Assembly (NCBI GenBank): GCA_046537785.1
Contig: JBKHKD010000015.1
Coordinates: forward strand, 846-64,845
Length of the DNA: 64,000 nt
Direction: 5' to 3'
DNA from: Actinomycetota bacterium
GTDB lineage: Bacteria; Actinomycetota; Acidimicrobiia; Spongiisociales; ZC4RG35
Below are positions 58,033 through 64,000 of the stretch, one piece after another; position 1 is the first letter of the stretch; each line of letters begins with the position of its first letter. The notes under the pieces are model-generated. The model made no database searches, was not told the DNA's origin, and worked only from the letters and a program-made list of their open reading frames with translations. A program made the translations under genes and the position numbers.

Positions 58033-60570
58033 TCAGGCCAGCGCGAGCTCCCCGTCCGCGACGGAGACCTTGATCGTGTCGCCGTCTCCGTACCTGCCCT
58101 CGAGGATGGCGGTGGCGATGGGGTCGGCGAGACTCTTCTGCATGACCCGCTTGAGCGGGCGAGCTCCGTAGACCGGGTCATAGCCGCGTTCGGCGAGCAG
58201 GTCGAGGGCGTCGCCGGACACCGCCAGATCGATACCTCTGTCGTCCAGACGCTTGCGCAACGCGACCATCTGGATCTCGACGATCTCCCGCAGATCCTCC
58301 CGGCTGAGCTTGTCGAAGACGATGACATCGTCGATGCGGTTGAGGAACTCGGGGCGGAACTCGTTGCGCACCGCTTCCATGACCCGCTCCTCCACGACTT
58401 CTCGCGACTGGTCGGGATCGATGAACTGCGACCCGAGGTTGGATGTCATGATCAGCACCACGTTGGTGAAGTCGACCGTACGGCCCTGACCGTCGGTGAG
58501 ACGGCCATCGTCGAGAAGCTGCAACAGGACGTTGAACACTTCGGAGTGCGCCTTCTCGATCTCGTCGAGCAACACCACCGAGTAAGGCCGGCGCCGCACC
58601 ACTTCGGTTAGCTGGCCGCCCTCCTCGTAGCCGACGTAGCCAGGAGGAGCCCCGATCAGTCGGCTGACCGAATGCTTCTCCATGTACTCGGACATGTCGA
58701 TGCGAACCATTGACCGCTCGTCATCGAAGAGGAACTGGGCGAGAGCCCGAGCCAGCTCGGTCTTGCCGACACCGGTGGGCCCGAGGAAGAGGAAGGAGCC
58801 GACCGGACGGTTGGGGTCGGAGAGGCCGGCACGGTTGCGTCGCACGGCGTTGGCGACTGCCTCGACGGCCGGGTCCTGTCCGACCACACGCTTGTGGAGC
58901 TGGCTCTCGAGCTGTATCAGCTTCTCGGTCTCGCCCTCCATGAGCTTGGAAAGCGGGATCCCTGTCCAACGGGACACCACTTCGGCGACGTCCTCGTCTG
59001 TGACCTCTTCGGAGAGCATCGAGCCCTCCTCGTGGAGCTTCTCGAGCTCCCGTTCCCGCTCTCCGAGCTGTCTGGTGAGCTCGTTGATGGTTCCGTACCT
59101 GAGCTCGGCCGCCTTACCCAGGTCACCCGCACGCTCGGCCAGATCGGCCTCGGTGCGGGCCCCCTCGATGCGGCCCTTGAGATCGCGGATCCCGGAGATG
59201 ACCTCCTTCTCGCGATTCCAGCGGGCGGTGAGCGCGTTGATCTCCTCGTTGAGGTCGGCGATCTCCTGCTTCACGCCCTCGAGACGCTCCTTCGAAGCCT
59301 TGTCGGACTCCTTCTTGAGCGCCTCCTGCTCGATCTCGAGCTGGATGCGACGGCGAGTCAGCTCATCGATCTCCTCAGGCATCGAGTCGATCTCAATCCG
59401 GAGGCGCGACGCCGACTCGTCGATGAGGTCGATCGCCTTATCGGGAAGGAACCGGGCTGTGATGTAGCGGTCCGAGAGAACGGCGGCAGCCACCAGCGCG
59501 GAGTCCGTTATGCGGACACCGTGATGGACCTCGTAACGCTCCTTGAGACCACGCAATATGCCGATCGCCTCTTCGACCGTGGGGGGATCGACGATCACCG
59601 GCTGGAAGCGACGCTCGAGGGCAGCGTCCTTCTCGATGTGCTTGCGGTACTCGTCGAGCGTGGTCGCACCGATGAGCCTGAGCTCACCACGGGCGAGCAT
59701 CGGCTTGAACATGTTGGAGGCGTCCATGGCTCCTTCGGCCGCCCCCGCGCCGACGAGGGTGTGCAGCTCGTCCAGGAAGGTGATGATCTCACCTTCGGAA
59801 TTCTTGATCTCGTCGAGGACTGCCTTGAGCCGCTCCTCGAACTCGCCGCGGTACTTGGCCCCGGCGAGCATCGACCCGAGGTCGAGGGCGACGATGCGCT
59901 TGGTCTTGAGCCCTTCGGGCACGTCGCCATCGGCGACCCTGCGGGCGAGACCCTCCACGATGGCGGTCTTGCCGACTCCGGGTTCGCCGATGAGCACCGG
60001 GTTGTTCTTCGTACGGCGTGATAGCACCTGGATGACGCGTCTGATCTCGTCGTCGCGCCCGATGACCGGGTCGAGTTTTCCCTGCCGGGCGGTGGCTGTC
60101 AGGTCGCGGCCGTACTGCTCGAGCGCATTGATGGTGGACTCCGGGTCGTCGGTGGTCACCCTGCGGCCGCCACGCACTTCCTCCACCGCGGAGCGCAGCG
60201 CGGCCTCGTCGAGGTCAAGGGTGTCGGCCAGGGCCAGCAGCAAGTGTTCCACCGACAGGTAGTCGTCCTTCATGGACGCCCGCAGCCGATCGGCCTCGTT
60301 CAGGGCGCGGGACAATTCCTTGGAGGTCGACACCTCGGCATCGCCGTAGACCTGCGGCTGATCCTGGAGTCGGGACTCGAGGGATCTGCGCAGGTCGAGA
60401 GGTGACACCCCCATCTTGTCGAGCAGGGGATAGACGATGCCGTCCTGCTGTCCGAGCAGGGCCAGAGCCAGGTGCTCCGGAGTGACCGAAGCGTGGTTGT
60501 ATTCCTGGGCCAGACTGGTCGCGGCGACCAGGGCTTCTCTTGTTCGGGCGGTGAGTTTCTCCGGGTTCAT
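58033..60570 (-). CDS. clpB: Chaperone ClpB
   Basis: Two AAA+ domains ([16 protein letters not shown]), middle coiled coil, GAPPGYVGY. Confidence 0.98.
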   Translation of the reverse strand: MNPEKLTARTREALVAATSLAQEYNHASVTPEHLALALLGQQDGIVYPLLDKMGVSPLDLRRSLESRLQDQPQVYGDAEVSTSKELSRALNEADRLRASMKDDYLSVEHLLLALADTLDLDEAALRSAVEEVRGGRRVTTDDPESTINALEQYGRDLTATARQGKLDPVIGRDDEIRRVIQVLSRRTKNNPVLIGEPGVGKTAIVEGLARRVADGDVPEGLKTKRIVALDLGSMLAGAKYRGEFEERLKAVLDEIKNSEGEIITFLDELHTLVGAGAAEGAMDASNMFKPMLARGELRLIGATTLDEYRKHIEKDAALERRFQPVIVDPPTVEEAIGILRGLKERYEVHHGVRITDSALVAAAVLSDRYITARFLPDKAIDLIDESASRLRIEIDSMPEEIDELTRRRIQLEIEQEALKKESDKASKERLEGVKQEIADLNEEINALTARWNREKEVISGIRDLKGRIEGARTEADLAERAGDLGKAAELRYGTINELTRQLGERERELEKLHEEGSMLSEEVTDEDVAEVVSRWTGIPLSKLMEGETEKLIQLESQLHKRVVGQDPAVEAVANAVRRNRAGLSDPNRPVGSFLFLGPTGVGKTELARALAQFLFDDERSMVRIDMSEYMEKHSVSRLIGAPPGYVGYEEGGQLTEVVRRRPYSVVLLDEIEKAHSEVFNVLLQLLDDGRLTDGQGRTVDFTNVVLIMTSNLGSQFIDPDQSREVVEERVMEAVRNEFRPEFLNRIDDVIVFDKLSREDLREIVEIQMVALRKRLDDRGIDLAVSGDALDLLAERGYDPVYGARPLKRVMQKSLADPIATAILEGRYGDGDTIKVSVADGELALA

Positions 60571-60589
60571 CTCAGTACCAAATAGAAAA

Positions 60590-60610
60590 TATGAGTGCAA
60601 TCATATCAAG
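60590..60610 (-). promoter_or_regulatory. HAIR-like HspR operator upstream of clpB
   Basis: Minus strand CTTGATA-N7-ACTCATA, 20 bp before the start. Confidence 0.75.
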
Positions 60611-60693
60611 TCTATTAGGGCTGCGGATATTCCGCCGAACCGACGAAAAATCATGGAAGCGGGACACCCGTGCGTTGACTATTCCAAATTCCG

Positions 60694-60718
60694 AGGTAGC
60701 ATGTATAACATGGTACCT
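60694..60718 (+). promoter_or_regulatory. Palindromic PadR-type operator overlapping -10 and start codon
   Basis: AGGTAGCATGT-ATA-ACATGGTACCT; TTGACT (-35) at 60675, TAGCAT (-10) at 60697. Confidence 0.65.
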
Positions 60719-61060
60719 AGGACTGATGGGCAAGGACACTCCTCCCAACTGCTCCACGGGGTGCTCGACATGTGTCTGCTTTCATTGATCGAAGAAGAGG
60801 CTTCCTACGGCTACGAGATGGTCAACAAACTCAGAGAGCGCGGCCTCGACCTCGCCAGTGAAGGCTCGATCTACCCTCTCCTCTCCCGTCTCCAGAAACA
60901 GGAGTTGATCGAGGGATATCTGGTCCAGAGCAGCGCCGGTCCGGCGCGCAAGTACTACCGGATGACCGACGATGGGAGACAGACTCTCACCCGGTGGCGC
61001 CAGGAGTGGGATGAGTTCTCGAAGGCGGTGGACACCGTGCTGGGTGGTGACCGACAATGA
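60710..61060 (+). CDS. PadR family transcriptional regulator
   Basis: LLHGVLD, YGYE, EGSIYPLLSRL, PARKYY; start at 60710 or 60701. Confidence 0.93.
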   Translation: MVPRTDGQGHSSQLLHGVLDMCLLSLIEEEASYGYEMVNKLRERGLDLASEGSIYPLLSRLQKQELIEGYLVQSSAGPARKYYRMTDDGRQTLTRWRQEWDEFSKAVDTVLGGDRQ

Positions 61061-61833
61061 CCGACAAAGCACGAGTGATCGACGAGGTAGAGCGGTACTG
61101 GCTCGAGACCGGCCTGTCGCCCGAAACGGTCGCCGACATGCGAAACGAGCTCGAGCAGCACCTCATGGAAGCCGAGCGGGACGGTCGCACGGTCGAAGAC
61201 GTCATCGGGAACCGGGCAGCCTTCGCGGAGGGCTGGGCAGCGGCCCGCCGGGGCAAGGCCGTAGACAGTTGGGAAGATGTTCAGAGCGGAAGGGTCGAAA
61301 GACGCAAGCGGGCCCGGCGGGATCTCGTCCTGTACGGGTCGGGAGCGGCAGCGATGGTCGCCGCCGTTGCGGTGGCAGCACAAGGAGGTAGCGACGTGGA
61401 CAACGAATTGTGGCGATGGCTTTGGACCGTTTTCGCCATTGCAGTGGGGATCGGTGAGATCTTCACGGCTGGATTTTTCCTCCTGCCGTTTGCGATCGGT
61501 GGTGCGGCCGCGGCGATCCTGGCATGGCTCAGTGCTCCCATCATCGCTCAATGGCTGGTCTTTTTCGGCGTGACGACGATTTCACTGGTCTACCTGCGCA
61601 GGTTCATCGGCCGCCAGGACGAGGGGGAGCAACCCCGGGTCGGCGCCAACCGATGGGTCGGATCGGAGGGGATCGTGCTCCAGGGAATCGACCCCCACAG
61701 CGGTGCAGGAATGGTCCGCATCCTCAATGAGGAGTGGCGGGCCACCGCCCCCGGCAAGATCGAAGCAGGGGCAAAGATCGTGGTGACGAACGTAGATGGT
61801 GCTCGGCTGATCGTCGAGCGCTTGGAAGACTGA
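61057..61833 (+). CDS. Fusion of a helical PadR-partner (HAAS-like) domain and NfeD family protein
   Basis: N-terminal ELEQHL…EDVIG..AAFA helical domain; C-terminal TM segments plus OB fold (GMVRILNEEWRA…GARLIV). Confidence 0.8.
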   Translation: MTDKARVIDEVERYWLETGLSPETVADMRNELEQHLMEAERDGRTVEDVIGNRAAFAEGWAAARRGKAVDSWEDVQSGRVERRKRARRDLVLYGSGAAAMVAAVAVAAQGGSDVDNELWRWLWTVFAIAVGIGEIFTAGFFLLPFAIGGAAAAILAWLSAPIIAQWLVFFGVTTISLVYLRRFIGRQDEGEQPRVGANRWVGSEGIVLQGIDPHSGAGMVRILNEEWRATAPGKIEAGAKIVVTNVDGARLIVERLED

Positions 61834-61871
61834 CGGCTTAGGGTCAGGTCTAGAAGAAAGGAAGAAAAGCT

Positions 61872-62843
61872 ATGGATCCAATAGTGATCCTGTTCGTGAT
61901 CCTCGCAATGGGGCTGATCGCGGTAGCGGCTGCCGGTTTCAAGGTCGTGCGCCCTTACCAGAAGGGCCTCATCGAGTTTCTCGGCCGGTACGAACGGACC
62001 GTCGACTCAGGCCTCCGCTGGGTCATGCCGTTCGTGAAGCGGCTGACCAAGGTGGACATGCGGGAACAGGTCATCGACGTCCCGCCCCAGGAGGTCATCA
62101 CCAAGGACAACGTCGTCGTGACGGTCGACGCGGTCATCTACTACGAGGCCACCGACCCGGTGAAGCTGCAGTACAACGTGGGCAACTTCATCCTGGCGGT
62201 CACCAAGCTGGCTCAGACCAACCTGAGGAACGTCGTCGGAGATCTCGACCTCGACTCAGCACTCACCTCCCGTGAGGTGATCAACGCCAAACTGCGACAG
62301 ATCCTCGACGACGCCACCGACAAGTGGGGCGTCAGGGTCGTGCGTGTCGAGATCCAGAGGATCGAGCCGCCGGTGGACGTCACCGACGCCATGCACCGTC
62401 AGATGAAGGCGGAGCGTGACCGGCGTGCCGCCGTCACCGAGGCCGAAGGTCAGAAGCGAGCCGCCATCCTCAAGGCCGAAGGTGTCAAGGAGTCCCAGGT
62501 CCTCGAGGCCGACGGTCAGGCCGAGGCCATCAAGCGTGTCGCCGACGCCGAGAAGTACCAGAAGCTCACGGTTGCCGAAGGTGAAGGTCAGGCCATCGAG
62601 CGAGTGTTCTCGGCCATCCACACCGGTGACCCGACCCCGGATCTCATCGCGATCCGCTACCTGGAGGCCCTCCAGGGCATCGCCGACGGTCAGGCGACGA
62701 AGATCTTCCTGCCACTCGACACCCAGGGTGTGCTCGGATCCGTCGCCGCCATCGGCGAGCTATTCAAGGAGACCCAGGAAGAGGCCGCCACCGGCACGCC
62801 CGGGTCCGGCCAGGGCGGTCCCACACAGGGAAGCTACGAGTAG
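61872..62843 (+). CDS. SPFH/stomatin (QmcA-like) protein
   Basis: VDMREQ, QEVITKDNV, WGVRVVRVE, QMKAER. Confidence 0.95.
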   Translation: MDPIVILFVILAMGLIAVAAAGFKVVRPYQKGLIEFLGRYERTVDSGLRWVMPFVKRLTKVDMREQVIDVPPQEVITKDNVVVTVDAVIYYEATDPVKLQYNVGNFILAVTKLAQTNLRNVVGDLDLDSALTSREVINAKLRQILDDATDKWGVRVVRVEIQRIEPPVDVTDAMHRQMKAERDRRAAVTEAEGQKRAAILKAEGVKESQVLEADGQAEAIKRVADAEKYQKLTVAEGEGQAIERVFSAIHTGDPTPDLIAIRYLEALQGIADGQATKIFLPLDTQGVLGSVAAIGELFKETQEEAATGTPGSGQGGPTQGSYE

Positions 62844-62853
62844 AGACATCGGC

Positions 62854-62877
62854 GAAGGGGCCCTCCGGGGCCCCTTC
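62854..62877 (+). terminator. Intrinsic terminator hairpin after the SPFH gene
   Basis: GAAGGGGCCC-TCCG-GGGCCCCTTC. Confidence 0.75.
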
Positions 62878-62939
62878 TCACCCGTCTGTTGTACCGACCT
62901 CACCGTCAGCGCACATCGCTGCACCACAGAGTCGGTCGA

Positions 62940-63458
62940 TCAGCCTCCGACCCGGTTCATCTCCTCGATGACCTGCTCCACATCGGAAGGATCCCACGGC
63001 GGGTAGAAGACCATCGAGTACTCGTCGCATCTCGCTCCCGGCTCCTCGTACCAACCCACCACCCAGGTGCCGTCGGGATGGGGTCCCGCCACCCCCCTGG
63101 TCCCATCGATGCTGACCTCGCCCCTCTCCGCAGGCCACTCCTGTGCAGGCAGGGTGCCCCGGATCAGTGCGATGGCGACGGTGCCGTCATTTCGGGGGAC
63201 GAACGTGGTGTTGGTGCCGGCGACCGAGGTCCACACGTCGGGCTCCAGAGACTCGGTATCCAACTCACCCTCGCCGACACCGGTGGGCAGGAAGCCCATC
63301 TCGTAAGGGGCCGGCGGACACTCGACGGGAGGCTCGGTGGTCGTCGACGCCTCCGTCGTCGTGGAGGTCGGTGGAGACGTAGACGTCATCGGCTCGTCGC
63401 TTGCCCCACCCGAGCACGCGGCGAGTAGCAACACACCAGCGACCAGTAGGCGGGCCAT
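62940..63458 (-). CDS. Hypothetical lipoprotein
   Basis: Lipobox LLAAC, Thr-rich linker, two further Cys. Confidence 0.75.
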   Translation of the reverse strand: MARLLVAGVLLLAACSGGASDEPMTSTSPPTSTTTEASTTTEPPVECPPAPYEMGFLPTGVGEGELDTESLEPDVWTSVAGTNTTFVPRNDGTVAIALIRGTLPAQEWPAERGEVSIDGTRGVAGPHPDGTWVVGWYEEPGARCDEYSMVFYPPWDPSDVEQVIEEMNRVGG

Positions 63459-64000
63459 CTACCGGATCGCCCTCAGATAGCCGTCACGGGAACCCAAGTA
63501 GATCGTCCCGTCCCAGATGGCAGGTGTGGCCTCTAGACACGACTCGCCGAGCGAGACGGTCCACTCCCGCGACGGAGCCCTGGGATCGTCGAGCGAGTAG
63601 CCGCGGACGTCGCCGACGCAGGTGGCCACCACCAGGGTGTCATCCACAACCGCCGGAGAGGACCACGAGTGCCAGCCGACGGAGTCGTCCTCCCAGACCA
63701 CGTCTCCGGAGTCGGTGTCCACAGCGATCAAGGAGCCCAGGTGGGTGTTGGTGTAGAGGAGGCCGTCGTGGAGTGCGGGAGTCGCCCAGGTGCCCGAGTC
63801 CTCCTGACCCGAAGACGACAGATCGACGCTCCAGAGAACAGGGTCTTCCTCGGCGTAGGGGTCCAGCTTGATGAGCTGGCCCACCTCCCGGGTGCGATCG
63901 ATGTTCGCCTGAGTCCGGTATTCCTGTGCCACCTGGCCGGGTTTGACGTTCACCGACACGTAGAGCATCCCTTCCTCGTCGATGACGATCGTGGCGTCGA
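63459..64000 (-). CDS. PQQ-like/BamB-type beta-propeller protein, 5' partial
   Basis: Repeats WATPAL, WSSPAV, EATPAI, GSRDG; frame runs off the window end. Confidence 0.8.
   Translation of the reverse strand, partial: DATIVIDEEGMLYVSVNVKPGQVAQEYRTQANIDRTREVGQLIKLDPYAEEDPVLWSVDLSSSGQEDSGTWATPALHDGLLYTNTHLGSLIAVDTDSGDVVWEDDSVGWHSWSSPAVVDDTLVVATCVGDVRGYSLDDPRAPSREWTVSLGESCLEATPAIWDGTIYLGSRDGYLRAIR

Noticed and set aside
58894-60021. Long ORFs antisense to clpB, and likewise to tkt, hutU, the aldehyde dehydrogenase and dusB
   Set aside because: Shadow frames typical of high-GC DNA; no motifs, and they fully overlap confident genes.

Overview
GC-rich (roughly 65% by eye), gene-dense chromosomal window from an actinobacterium. 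HspR/HAIR control, leaderless genes and many Thr-rich lipoproteins suggest an Acidimicrobiia-like organism (inference). It holds about 70 CDS. Housekeeping and stress genes include dusB, hutU/hutG, maf, msrA/msrB, tkt, dnaK-grpE-dnaJ-hspR and clpB. There are also three ABC-2 exporter clusters, LigC and Prim-PolC repair genes, tandem S41 proteases, an orphan DNA methyltransferase, a LAL-type LuxR island and a PadR/NfeD/SPFH operon. I saw no rRNA, tRNA, CRISPR array, transposase or integrase. Most notable: (1) two 117-bp palindromic intergenic elements (46+25+46 bp) with equally oriented arms but oppositely oriented cores; (2) an ECF sigma factor coupled to an Ogt protein that carries a C-terminal Ada Zn sensor without AraC, a candidate sigma-based alkylation response; (3) a PadR-partner/NfeD fusion with an internal in-frame Shine-Dalgarno/GTG start; (4) the same TGAGTA-N16-TGAGTA repeat on both flanks of the LuxR gene; (5) an inverted heptamer-repeat element. 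Two single-base homopolymer frameshifts suggest long-read assembly errors. All family assignments come from motif recognition, not database searches.
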